Source of the DNA: Lysobacteraceae bacterium
GTDB taxonomy: Bacteria; Pseudomonadota; Gammaproteobacteria; Xanthomonadales; BPKI01
Direction: 5' to 3'
NCBI GenBank assembly: GCA_035444205.1
Contig: DAOMOD010000004.1
Location: 1 to 48,562 of the forward strand
DNA length: 48,562 bases
Below are positions 1-9,122 of this stretch, in pieces (the first letter of the stretch is position 1; every line of letters begins with the position of its first letter). The translations under genes and the position numbers were made by a program. The notes beneath the pieces were generated by a model, which saw nothing but the letters and a program-made list of their open reading frames with translations, did no database searches and was not told where the DNA came from.

Positions 1-1130
1 GGATGATCGGCATGCACGCGTGCCATGGCGCCGGCGATGGCGGCACGCGCCAGGGTGGCGCGTTCTCCGCTGGACCAGAGCAGGCGTCCGCTGGCGGCGA
101 TGTGATCGAGCAGACGTCTGCGTACCGGCTGCGGATCCGGCAGCACGGGACCAAAGCGCGGCGCCGCCGCCCACAGCAGCGCCAGAATCAGCAATCCGAA
201 GGCCAGCAGTACGCGCCACGCATGCTCCAGCAACCAGGTGCCCAGACTGGTGCGCCGGCCGCGCACCATGGCCAGCGTGTCGGTGTTCCCGCCGGCAAGC
301 ACAAGACGGTGCAGCAGTTCGGCGTGATCGTGGGTGCCGATGTCCCAGTTCATGAACGGCACGAAGTTGGTGAGCGCCGTGACCCGGCCGTCGCCGAGGG
401 CCAGATGCACGATGTGCGCCGGATCATCGGCACGCGTGCCGCGATCCTGCGAGCGTGCCGGAAGACCGGCGCGCTTCTTCGCATCGTGCAGCGGCAGGTT
501 GCGCTGCTTCTCCATCTTCACGCGCTTGCTGTCATCGCCATTGTCGGTGGCATTCGCGTCGCCGGCAGCAAGCCACCAAAGTGGTGATTCCATGGCGCGC
601 AGCCCGTGGCGACTGCTCAGGCTCAACGTAAGCGGGGGCTCGCCCAGTTGGTCTGCCGTGTTCAGCAATCCGTACGACTCGACACGGCGACTGCCGGGAC
701 GACGCGGTCCGCGCCAGCCGAAATAGCCGGGCCCGGAAGGGTCCAGTGCCACGCGCCGGATGCCGAGACGCTTGAGCAGCGGGTCGGCGACCTGCAGGCT
801 TTCGGATTCGACGATCAGGTGGCCGCCACCACGCACGAAGGCCTCGACGCGATCGAGCGCCGCAGGCGAAATCGCACCGCGCCGCGCCGGCACCAGCAGT
901 GCCGAACGCGGTGGCAGGTGCAATTCGCCTTCCAGTCCGTTCAGTTCCAGCACGTGCAGGCCCAGATGCTCCAGCAACCGGCGCGCGGCGAGAAGCCGGT
1001 TCAGCCGCGCTTCCTCGGCCGGTGGGTGGAACTCGGAGACCATGCGCCGCTCGTAGGTGTTCACGAACCAGACGCTGCCCAGCAATACCAGCAGCAGCAC
1101 CACGACCACGGTCAGCCAGGGCCGTTTCAT
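1..1130 (-). CDS. DUF4350-like membrane-anchored protein; N-terminal 376 codons only, 3' end beyond the left edge
   Basis: Not in the ORF track because there is no stop inside the window. Hand translation of the minus strand from ATG at 1130 gives MKRPWLTVVVVLLLVLLGSVWFVNTYERRMVSEF...VRGGGHLIVESESLQV..., open down to position 3. It has an N-terminal TM helix and an ATGA start/stop overlap with the upstream gene at 1127-1130. Its position after a DUF4129 gene fits the known RDD/SpoIIM/DUF4129/DUF4350/MoxR/DUF58 neighbourhood. Confidence 0.55.
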   Translation of the reverse strand, partial: MKRPWLTVVVVLLLVLLGSVWFVNTYERRMVSEFHPPAEEARLNRLLAARRLLEHLGLHVLELNGLEGELHLPPRSALLVPARRGAISPAALDRVEAFVRGGGHLIVESESLQVADPLLKRLGIRRVALDPSGPGYFGWRGPRRPGSRRVESYGLLNTADQLGEPPLTLSLSSRHGLRAMESPLWWLAAGDANATDNGDDSKRVKMEKQRNLPLHDAKKRAGLPARSQDRGTRADDPAHIVHLALGDGRVTALTNFVPFMNWDIGTHDHAELLHRLVLAGGNTDTLAMVRGRRTSLGTWLLEHAWRVLLAFGLLILALLWAAAPRFGPVLPDPQPVRRRLLDHIAASGRLLWSSGERATLARAAIAGAMARVHADH

Positions 1131-2689
1131 GGCGGCGCCTGCACTGCGTCGTTGGCCTGAAACTGTTGTGCGTAATCGCGGCACAGCGCGGCGATCTCGG
1201 CCGATTCGGGCGCGCGGTGCCCATAGGCGACGGCGATCCAGGCCGGCAGCAGGCGTTCCAGGTAGTCCGCGGTCCCGGCGCCCAGAGCGCGCCGGGTGGC
1301 GCGTTGCACGTCGCCTTCGGTGGCGCCTTCGCCGATTCGCAGACCGTGCCGGTGCACAATCACCGACAGTACGCCGCGGTACAGCAGCGACAGTGCCTCG
1401 CGCAGGCGACCCTCGGCCAATGCCGCCAGTGCGGTGGCGGCCACATCCTGCGGCAGCGAGTCGGGGCTGATGGCAAGGCCGAACAGCACGGCCGGTGCGG
1501 CCTGCCCCGGTTCGCTCACGGGCCGCCGCTGATAGTGGCGTGCCAGCGTCCACACCAGGGCCACCGCCAGTGCCGCCAGCACCAGCCACGACAGGCCCTT
1601 GAGAAAGCTGGACATCAGCTTGCCGATCTCGCCCAGCCAGCTCAGGTCGCGGCTGGAACGGTCCCGGCGCTGGCGCAAGGACCAGCGCTCGACCTCGTCC
1701 CAGCGACCGAAGACGGGATCGGACATGACCTCCAGCACGGCGCGTCGCGCGGGCGTGTCCAGCGACGGCACCGACTGTCCCGTCGCTGCGCCGGGCTCAT
1801 CGCAATCTTCCTCGTCCTCCCAGAGTACGAAGTTGCAATCGCGTTCGTCGTGGGACTGGGTGGAATCGCTGTCTTTGGTTGGGGATGCCATGACATGCGT
1901 GGCGCTTCCGGCCAACACCAACGCGAGGGCGAACACCATGAGGACGGCGCTCGCCGCGCCGCGCGCAAGGCGGCGCAGGCCAAGCTCGATGTCCCAGCCC
2001 TCCAGCATGACGCGCCGATTGAGGTAGAGGGCGAAGCCTGCGCCCACGTAGAACGGTTCGATCACGCTTACCGCCAGCACGTACAGCAGCGAGAGTTTCA
2101 TCGACCACCAGGTCGGCTCGAAGAACGGCATGTCGTCGGGATCGGCGCGATCCACGCCCGGCCACAGCATCTCCGCCATCATGGCGCCGCCGCCGATCAC
2201 CACCAGTTCGAAGCAGAAGCACACCAGGGCCAGAGCCATGAGATGGCCGCCGACCTTGCGTGCGAGCAGGGTGTTGCGCTGGCGCGCGGCCTTGCCGCCC
2301 TGGCGTTCGAGCTGGTACACCGGTGCGAAAAAACTTCGCTGCCAGGCGAACGGCCGCAACAGCAACGACACCATCAGGCCACGCCCCAGGATCTCGCGCC
2401 AGGCGCCAAGTGTCGCCGCAAGTCCGGGAGGCTCGCCGAACACCGCGTGACCCAGCACGTGCAACAGGAAGCGGTCGAACACCGGCTTGCTCCACCACAG
2501 CACCAGCGCGGCCAGGAAGGGGTATTCGCGCAGGGTCACCAGCACCGCGGCGGCAAAGGGCAGGAACAGCGTGAACCACACCGACCACAGTGGCATGGCC
2601 CAGCGCGTCGTCATGCGAAAGCCGAGATCGATGGCTTCGAATCCCTGACGCGGGCGCAGCGCGATGGCGATGCGGTCAAGCTGCATTGC
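1127..2689 (-). CDS. DUF4129 domain-containing polytopic membrane protein (520 aa)
   Basis: ORF 1127..2833(-). I place the start at MQLDRIAIALRP (2689), which overlaps the upstream stop by 14 nt. It has several TM segments, an acidic linker and a C-terminal ...LAEGRLREALSLLYRGVLSVIVHRHGLRIGEGATEGD... block typical of DUF4129. Confidence 0.6.
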   Translation of the reverse strand, partial: AMQLDRIAIALRPRQGFEAIDLGFRMTTRWAMPLWSVWFTLFLPFAAAVLVTLREYPFLAALVLWWSKPVFDRFLLHVLGHAVFGEPPGLAATLGAWREILGRGLMVSLLLRPFAWQRSFFAPVYQLERQGGKAARQRNTLLARKVGGHLMALALVCFCFELVVIGGGAMMAEMLWPGVDRADPDDMPFFEPTWWSMKLSLLYVLAVSVIEPFYVGAGFALYLNRRVMLEGWDIELGLRRLARGAASAVLMVFALALVLAGSATHVMASPTKDSDSTQSHDERDCNFVLWEDEEDCDEPGAATGQSVPSLDTPARRAVLEVMSDPVFGRWDEVERWSLRQRRDRSSRDLSWLGEIGKLMSSFLKGLSWLVLAALAVALVWTLARHYQRRPVSEPGQAAPAVLFGLAISPDSLPQDVAATALAALAEGRLREALSLLYRGVLSVIVHRHGLRIGEGATEGDVQRATRRALGAGTADYLERLLPAWIAVAYGHRAPESAEIAALCRDYAQQFQANDAVQAPP

Positions 2690-3683
2690 GTCGTCCCGCC
2701 AGACCGAGATAGGCGAGCACCAGGAACCAGGCAACCAGGCCGACCGCGTACTTCGGCCGCGCGTCGGCCAGTACCAGCGGCGACCAGAACGCCTCCACCG
2801 CGGCGGCCGCCACGAACATGAGCGCGGCGCCACCCATCAGCGCCAGGGCGGTACGCCCCTCCTCGACCAGGGCGTGGCGGCGTGAGCGTCGCCCGGGCAT
2901 CAGCAGGGCGGCGCCGAGCTTGAGGCCGGCAGCGCCGGAGATCGCGATGGCGACCAGTTCGAGCGCGCTGTGCCCGGCGACGAAGGACCATATCTGCGGC
3001 CCCAGCCCGACCTGGGTCAGGTGGCCCAGCACGGCACCGATATGTACGCCGTTGTAGATCAGGAAGAACAGGCTGCCGAGGCCGAACAGCACGCCGCCGG
3101 CGAAGGTCTGGAAGCCGATGCGCACGTTGTTCCAGATGTAGAAGCCGAACATCATGGTGTCGGTGTCGGCGGCGCGTCGGCCCAGCCGGTGGTTGGCGGG
3201 GTCATACATCTGCTGCATCTCGGAAAGCTGCTCCGGCGCCAGCACGGTGGCGGCGAAGTCGGGAAACCAGTGCAGGGCGATCAGCAGACCCAGCAGCGGA
3301 CCGAAGAACAGCAGGGTGGACAGTGCGACCACGCGCCATTCGGCACGCACCAGACGCGGAAAGCCGAAACGCAGGTATTCCAGAAGACGAAGGCTGCGCG
3401 CGGCCTTGGCACCGTACAGCGTATGGTGACCGCCCAGCACCAGGCGCTGCAGGCGCGCCACCAGGGCCGGTGCGTAACGCCGCTGCCTGGCCAGGGCGAG
3501 CTGCGCGCAGAGCGCGCGATAGGCCTGCGGCACGTCAGCATCGGCGAGGCCATGTTGCGGATGCTCGGACAGACGTTTCGCCAGCGCGCGGCGCGCGCGC
3601 CGGCTCAGCTGGCGCCGCTTGAGCCAGACTTCGAAGCGATCCCATTCCGAGTCGTAGCGGCGTTCGAATTCAAGCTGACGCAT
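2676..3683 (-). CDS. SpoIIM-like (stage II sporulation protein M family) integral membrane protein
   Basis: 335-aa ORF with a soluble N-terminus (MRQLEFERRYDSEWDRFEVWLKRRQL...) followed by about 5 TM helices. It overlaps the RDD gene stop by 14 nt. Confidence 0.65.
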   Translation of the reverse strand: MRQLEFERRYDSEWDRFEVWLKRRQLSRRARRALAKRLSEHPQHGLADADVPQAYRALCAQLALARQRRYAPALVARLQRLVLGGHHTLYGAKAARSLRLLEYLRFGFPRLVRAEWRVVALSTLLFFGPLLGLLIALHWFPDFAATVLAPEQLSEMQQMYDPANHRLGRRAADTDTMMFGFYIWNNVRIGFQTFAGGVLFGLGSLFFLIYNGVHIGAVLGHLTQVGLGPQIWSFVAGHSALELVAIAISGAAGLKLGAALLMPGRRSRRHALVEEGRTALALMGGAALMFVAAAAVEAFWSPLVLADARPKYAVGLVAWFLVLAYLGLAGRRNAA

Positions 3684-4368
3684 GGCGCGGCGTCTGTGTG
3701 CCGATCAGGTGATTGGCTACGGCGTTGAGTTGTTCGACGGCCGCGTCGGTCCCGTCGAGCAGCGGCTCGGCCAGATACGCCAGCTCCTCGGCACGGGCGC
3801 TGCCCAGTTCCGGGGCGCGCTCGGCAAAGTCGAGTACGACGCGCGCTTCGTCCAGCGACAGCGGACGAAGCGGCGGCTTCGGATCGGCCGCGGGAATCCG
3901 CCGCGAAGGTGCTTCATGTTCGGCGTACACGACCAGGGTTCCGGCCACGTAGTCGCCGAGGCGCTTGAACTGCCTGTTCCACAGCATGGCCACCAGGCCG
4001 CCCAGATACAGCAGCGGCAGGAAGTCGGCGAAGCGCAACAGGTTCCGCGTCAGCGCCGGTCCCCAGCCAATGGGAGCACCGTCGTCGCGCACCACCACCA
4101 GGCCCAGCGCCTTCTTTCCCGGCGTGGCGCCGCCCCATTCGGCCTCACACCAGGCCGGCACCAGCCACTCCAGCATGAACCAGCCGATCAGAAACAGGCC
4201 GATACCGAAGCGCTGGAACGGCAGCAGCACCAGCACCAGCGCGAACAGCGCCGCGCCCCGCCACAGCAGGTCGATCAGCCAGGCCAGTGCGCGCGGTACG
4301 GGGCCGGCCAGGCGCAGGCGCAGCTCCACGCCCTCCGGCGTGGCGATGCAGTGTTCGGTGTCCAGCAT
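3670..4368 (-). CDS. RDD family membrane protein (232 aa)
   Basis: ORF 3670..4635(-). The likely start is MLDTEHCIATPEGVELRLRLAGP at 4368. The motif ...RNLLRFADFLPLLYLGGLVAMLWNRQFKRLGDYVAGTLVVY matches the RDD family. There is a TGATG stop/start overlap with the upstream gene. Confidence 0.7.
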   Translation of the reverse strand: MLDTEHCIATPEGVELRLRLAGPVPRALAWLIDLLWRGAALFALVLVLLPFQRFGIGLFLIGWFMLEWLVPAWCEAEWGGATPGKKALGLVVVRDDGAPIGWGPALTRNLLRFADFLPLLYLGGLVAMLWNRQFKRLGDYVAGTLVVYAEHEAPSRRIPAADPKPPLRPLSLDEARVVLDFAERAPELGSARAEELAYLAEPLLDGTDAAVEQLNAVANHLIGTQTPRHASA

Positions 4369-5153
4369 CAGTCGGAGAAAAAGATGTCGCGATAGGCCAT
4401 GTAGGTGGAGGTGTAGAACCAGGGGCCGACAACCAGCCAGCCCAGCAACAGGGGGATGGTGGCGGCGATGGCAAGAAAAGCGGCGATCAGGCCGTAAAGC
4501 AGGAACGGCAGGATGTTCTTGAGGCAGGCGAAGAAGCTCAGTCGCATCGCCTGCAGCGGTTGCTTGTCGTGCATGATCACCATGTGCGGTGCGAACCAGA
4601 TGCACATCACCAGCGGCATCAGCAATGCCATCCACACCAGCATGCCGAGCAGAAAGCCGAGCCCCATCACTTCCGCCAGCCCGGCCTCGTCGCCGCCGAT
4701 GAAGGCGATGCCGCCGGCCAGTCCGATGGTAGGCACGAACGCCAGCAGCAGCACCACCACCACAGCCACCGTGTAAAGCAGTCCGAGCAGCACCAGCGCC
4801 CCGCTGTTCCTCGAGAATCCGGTGAACAGATGCTGGAACTCCAGCGGCTCACCCCGGCGCATGGCGTCGCAGCCGACCACCACGCCGGCGGTGAGGATGG
4901 GGAACAGGATGTTCTGCGCCAGCATGCCGAAGAAGGGCACCAGGCTACTGACCAGCATGAGGCCCATGAAGACGAGAAAGATGAGTATCCAGATTCCCGG
5001 ACTCTGCGAGAACAGATTCCAGCCGTCGCCGAACCAGGAGACGGCGCGTCCGGCGCGGCACGATCTTGGTTCCCCCAGAAAATCGCCGGAATCGCCGGGC
5101 GCAACGTAGTCCGCCACAACGGCCCTGGGGGCCTCATAAGGGTTGCTGGTCAT
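4368..5153 (-). CDS. BPSS1780-like multi-pass membrane protein (261 aa)
   Basis: ORF 4368..5201(-). The likely start is MTSNPYEAPRAVV (5153). It has about 6 TM helices and ends ...YMAYRDIFFSD. It is the first gene of the coupled operon. Confidence 0.5.
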   Translation of the reverse strand: MTSNPYEAPRAVVADYVAPGDSGDFLGEPRSCRAGRAVSWFGDGWNLFSQSPGIWILIFLVFMGLMLVSSLVPFFGMLAQNILFPILTAGVVVGCDAMRRGEPLEFQHLFTGFSRNSGALVLLGLLYTVAVVVVLLLAFVPTIGLAGGIAFIGGDEAGLAEVMGLGFLLGMLVWMALLMPLVMCIWFAPHMVIMHDKQPLQAMRLSFFACLKNILPFLLYGLIAAFLAIAATIPLLLGWLVVGPWFYTSTYMAYRDIFFSD

Positions 5154-5564
5154 GTTCCTGCATGCCTCGCTTGCGACGTGGAGGGTGATGGCGCCAGGCA
5201 TGGGCCACGTGGATCCTGGCCTGGGAGCACGGCATTGTCTCCGCGATCCGTAGGCGAGGGAAGGCTTTCGCGCATTTCAGTGGTGTCGGGGGCGTGTCCA
5301 TATGGGGGCGGGTTCGAGACGGCCCCCTTGGCGACGGCTGCCTGGCGGCCTCCTCGGGGCAGGCTCGCGATCCGCCTGCGCCTGCCTTCGGGCCTCATCA
5401 CCTTGCGGAGCGGTTTGCACCGCTGCTTCGCGCGTACAAGTCATGAGCAGGGCCCGCTTGGGGGATGGCGAGCCCCTGGCACGTCCTGTCCTGCGGGTGC
5501 GCCCTGGTGCGCGGATGTTTCACGCTGGCGCCGCAGGCGCAGCACAAAATGCGAGGAGATCAAC

Positions 5565-6953
5565 ATGACACGGGTTTTCGTATGTTTCGGCCTGCTGATG
5601 CTGGCCCTGGGCAGTGCGCCACTCAGTGCGGTCGAGCGCAGTCGCGACGGATTCGGCGACGTACTTCTCTTTCCCTACTTCAGCGTTGGCGGTTCGGTCG
5701 ACACGATGCTCTCGGTGGGTGCGCGCGACGTGGTGCCGGGCCCCGCCGCCAGCGGTGCGGTGGCGCTGCGGGTGGTGCTGCGCTTCGCTTCGCCGGCGCC
5801 GGGCGTCGACATCGATCCGCTGTTCTTTCACGTGTATCTGGGCGCCAGCGACAGCTGGACCATGGTGCTGGCGCGCGAGCAGGGTCAGCTCAGTGTGCTG
5901 AGCGCCGACCAAAGCTGCGTCCAGGCGGGACGGCCTGGCGCGTTGCTCGGTGGATTGCCGGTTCGGCTTCAGGAGACCGTGCTGCCCCAGTTCGACATCG
6001 ACCGCGCCGAAGGCTGGATCGAAGTCTATGAGCTTGGCGGCATCGCGCACGGCGACGTGGGCACCGCCGCGCGCACCAGAAGCTGCGAGACGCTGTGGCA
6101 GCTTCTGGATACCCAGGATCCCGAATCCTGGCTGACGGCGCCTGCCGATCGCCTGCGCGGCGTGGTTCACCTTGTCGACGCGGCCGGCGGCACCGGCTAC
6201 AGCTTCGCTCCGGTCGCGCTGGCGCGCTTCCGCGACGCACCCGTGTTTACCACGGTGGATCTGCCGTACCCCGGCCTCGCCGATGCCTCGCCGGCGCAGG
6301 CGAGGCTGACCTTCAGCGACGGCGTGCAACGCACATCGAGCTTCGCCGCCGCGCCGGTGCAGGCGGTGTCGGCGGTGCTGATGGATATCCAGTGGGACAT
6401 GGATTTCACCGCCGAGTCCGTGATTGCCGCAGAAACCGACCTGGTGCTGACGCTGCCGACGCGTCCCTATCGCGACGACGACGGCGCGCTGTTGGCACCG
6501 TTCCGGCTGCGTTCCGAGCTTGTCCGCGACATTCCCACCCAGGCACGTGTATTCGACCGCGAGGGCAGAATCCAGGATCCGGCCGCTTCGCCCAAGTGCA
6601 CGCCGCCGCCGCAGATCCAGCCCGGGCCGCGCCTGGATGGCGACCTCAACGTGATTGCGTTTGGATCCGACGGGCTGCTGGAGAGCATTCGCGCCCGACC
6701 GCTGCTCTGGTACGACCCCGGATTCTGCAACATGGGTCCCGGCGTGCCGGTGCACGAGAGGATCCAGGCCGGCCGCTTCAGCCTGCGATTCCCTGCCGAC
6801 GAGCTGGTCTCGGACGAGGGCCACGTATTCTTCGGGATTCCAGCGATTCCGCTGGCCCTGAGTCGCGCCGTCAACGGCGACCTTGGCGGCGTGCGCGCGA
6901 ACTATGGACTGACCCAGCCGGTGGCGCGTGCGGCGCTGCAGGAGACGCCATGA
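5565..6953 (+). CDS. secreted hypothetical protein (462 aa), no domain recognised
   Basis: Inner start of ORF 4287..6953. ATG at 5565 is preceded by GAGGAG (5553-5558). The signal peptide is MTRVFVCFGLLMLALGSAPLSAVE. The upstream part of the long ORF overlaps opposite-strand genes and is compositionally junk. Confidence 0.6.
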   Translation: MTRVFVCFGLLMLALGSAPLSAVERSRDGFGDVLLFPYFSVGGSVDTMLSVGARDVVPGPAASGAVALRVVLRFASPAPGVDIDPLFFHVYLGASDSWTMVLAREQGQLSVLSADQSCVQAGRPGALLGGLPVRLQETVLPQFDIDRAEGWIEVYELGGIAHGDVGTAARTRSCETLWQLLDTQDPESWLTAPADRLRGVVHLVDAAGGTGYSFAPVALARFRDAPVFTTVDLPYPGLADASPAQARLTFSDGVQRTSSFAAAPVQAVSAVLMDIQWDMDFTAESVIAAETDLVLTLPTRPYRDDDGALLAPFRLRSELVRDIPTQARVFDREGRIQDPAASPKCTPPPQIQPGPRLDGDLNVIAFGSDGLLESIRARPLLWYDPGFCNMGPGVPVHERIQAGRFSLRFPADELVSDEGHVFFGIPAIPLALSRAVNGDLGGVRANYGLTQPVARAALQETP

Positions 6954-7031
6954 GCGAACCTCGATCGTCTGTGGATCAGATCCGGGACAGGCGCTGAGAA
7001 GGGCGCGCGCAGGTCGTCCGCGAGGGGGCGC

Positions 7032-9122
7032 CTACAGCGCGCTGGGGACGAGGGGGAAGCGGACGCGGAACTCGGCGCCCGGCTCGCGGTTGACCACGTC
7101 GACGCTGCCATCCATGGCGACGGCGAGTTGGCGGACCAGGGCGAGGCCAATGCCGGTGCCCACGGTTTCGCGGGTCAGCGTGTCGCTGGCGCGGTAGAAC
7201 AGTTCGAAGATGCGGCGCATCTGTGCGCGCGCCACACCGGGGCCGTGGTCGCGCACGCTGAGCTCGATGGCGCCGCGCTCGGCCGCGCGCACGGCGATGT
7301 CGACGCGCCTTTCCACGGCGCGGGCGGAGAACTTGAGCGCGTTGTCGACCAGGTTGATGAGGATCTGCAGAAGGGCGTCGCTGTCGACCGACACCTGCCG
7401 TGTGGCTACCGCCGGATCCAGTTCGAAACTGGCCTCGAAGCCGGCGCGCGCGATCTGCGCGGCCAGGCGCGAGCGTGCCAGGTCGAACAATTCGCCCACC
7501 GCCATCGGCTTGATCTCAAGCGCAAGTTCCTGACGCTCCATGCGCGCAAGCTGCAGCACGTTGCCGATCAGGCGCGACAGGCGTTCGCTTTCGTCGTGGA
7601 TGTAGGCGTAGTACTCGCGGCGCTTGTCTTCCGGCACCCAACCTTCTCGCAGCAGTTCTCCGTACATGCGGATGGAGGTGAGCGGGGTTTTCAGTTCGTG
7701 GCTGACGGCGGCGACGAAGTCCTGTTGCTGGCGTGCCAGGCGCAGCTGGCTGAGACCCAGGCGATAAAGCAGGATGAAGCCGAGCAGCAGCACGGCGAGC
7801 AGCACCATGCCGGTCCAGCGCGTGAGCAGGGCGCCGGGGCCCGGGTCGAGCCGGTTCAGGGTGAGGCTGAGCTCCAGGTCGCCGAACGGCGCCGACAGGC
7901 GATGCCGGTGCAGTGGGTCTTCGAGCGGGCCGCTGCCAGGGATGCTGTCGATCGACACGCCGCGCCAGCCGACCGCCAACGTGGCTGCGCCGGCCAGCGG
8001 CGAGGCGCGGAAGGGTGCCAGCAGTTCGCTGTCCAGAAAGCGATCGGCGTCCAGCAGAACGCCCTGGATGCTGCGCCCGCCATCGTTCCAGACGCGCCGG
8101 AACAGTACGAAGTGGCCGCTGTCGAGGCGGCTGAACTCGAAGGGGTCGAGCACGCTCTCGAAAATGTCGATGCGCGGCGCTGGCGGCAGCGCCACCTCGG
8201 CCACCGCAGGTGCCGCGTCTTCCGCCTCGCGCGTGGCCTCCTCGATGTCGCCGCGACGGATGCGCGCGCCGGTCACAGTGATGGTGTCCAATCCGGCCTC
8301 GTCCCGCCCGGCCAGGCCGCGGACGCTGGGCGCCTGGCGTCCGACCGCCGGTGGTTCGCTTTCAGCGGGCATGTATTGCGGTGCCGAGGCGGGCGCTGGC
8401 GCGGACTGCAGGACTGCGGAACGCTCGCGTCGTGCGCTGCGCTCCGTCGACTGTTTGTATGCGTCTTCGGTGGATTCCTCGAACGTCGGTCCCTTGCCCT
8501 CGCCCTGCTGGGGCGACGGCGGCACGATGTTGAGGCGGTCGAACGCGGCCTGCGATGCAAAGCGCGCATCCTCGGGCACGATGCGGTCGAATTCTTCTTC
8601 CAGGCCGTCCGCATCGGAGCTGGCGACCGCCACATCGCGCGACAGCAGGCGGTTCTGCGCCAGCACTTCGATCAGACCTGCCCGCAATGCAAGTCGCGTC
8701 TCCCACTCGGCGCCATCCATGCCGAGATCGCGGGCATGGCCGCCGTCTTCCGGGAGCAGGGGCGTGGAGAAGCGGCCCTCGGGGTCGATCTGGAAATGTC
8801 CCAGCAGGCCGGGTGCCGCGGCATCGTCGGGAAGTTGCGCCAGCGGCGAGCGCTGCGACAGCACGCCGCGCGCGGGGTCGCCAGCCACGGTCAGGAAGCG
8901 GTAGTCGCCATAGCCCTTGGTCTCCTCGCCCTGCAGCAGGCGCTGCAGGCGGGCGTCGATGGCGCGGGTCAGGGCTTCGGCGGCCTCGCGCTGCTGGTGC
9001 CAGCCTTCCAGACGGATCTGCCGCTCGGTGCGCCAGATCAGCAGCGCCGAGGGCAACGCCAGTGCCAGGAACAGGGTGCCCAGCAAGAGGCGCAGGCGGC
9101 GTGGCGTCGACAGGCGTTTCAT
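7032..9122 (-). CDS. sensor histidine kinase with a roughly 420-aa periplasmic domain (696 aa)
   Basis: Inner start MKRLSTPRRLRLLLGTLFLALALP at 9122, with an ATGA overlap on the response regulator stop. Two TM segments, an H-box FVAAVSHELKTPLTSI and a C-terminal HATPase_c-like region. Confidence 0.85.
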   Translation of the reverse strand: MKRLSTPRRLRLLLGTLFLALALPSALLIWRTERQIRLEGWHQQREAAEALTRAIDARLQRLLQGEETKGYGDYRFLTVAGDPARGVLSQRSPLAQLPDDAAAPGLLGHFQIDPEGRFSTPLLPEDGGHARDLGMDGAEWETRLALRAGLIEVLAQNRLLSRDVAVASSDADGLEEEFDRIVPEDARFASQAAFDRLNIVPPSPQQGEGKGPTFEESTEDAYKQSTERSARRERSAVLQSAPAPASAPQYMPAESEPPAVGRQAPSVRGLAGRDEAGLDTITVTGARIRRGDIEEATREAEDAAPAVAEVALPPAPRIDIFESVLDPFEFSRLDSGHFVLFRRVWNDGGRSIQGVLLDADRFLDSELLAPFRASPLAGAATLAVGWRGVSIDSIPGSGPLEDPLHRHRLSAPFGDLELSLTLNRLDPGPGALLTRWTGMVLLAVLLLGFILLYRLGLSQLRLARQQQDFVAAVSHELKTPLTSIRMYGELLREGWVPEDKRREYYAYIHDESERLSRLIGNVLQLARMERQELALEIKPMAVGELFDLARSRLAAQIARAGFEASFELDPAVATRQVSVDSDALLQILINLVDNALKFSARAVERRVDIAVRAAERGAIELSVRDHGPGVARAQMRRIFELFYRASDTLTRETVGTGIGLALVRQLAVAMDGSVDVVNREPGAEFRVRFPLVPSAL

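Noticed and set aside
899-2821. 640-aa plus-strand ORF
   Set aside because: It is an antisense shadow of the DUF4129 gene. It has Arg/Ala/Gly/Pro/His-rich low-complexity composition with no motifs, which is typical of spurious long ORFs in high-GC DNA. The same reasoning applies to 12590..15235(-), 20142..22052(+), 23517..24998(-), 29808..31376(+), 38603..39880(-) and 41077..42270(-).
4287-5564. N-terminal 426 codons of the 888-aa ORF 4287..6953
   Set aside because: It overlaps the well-supported minus-strand BPSS1780-like gene and the intergenic gap. A proper SD, ATG and signal peptide occur at 5565. Similar over-extended starts were trimmed for ORFs 7032..9629, 19776..22391, 36922..37809, 37599..38588, 38057..39631, 39999..40784 and 40033..40368.
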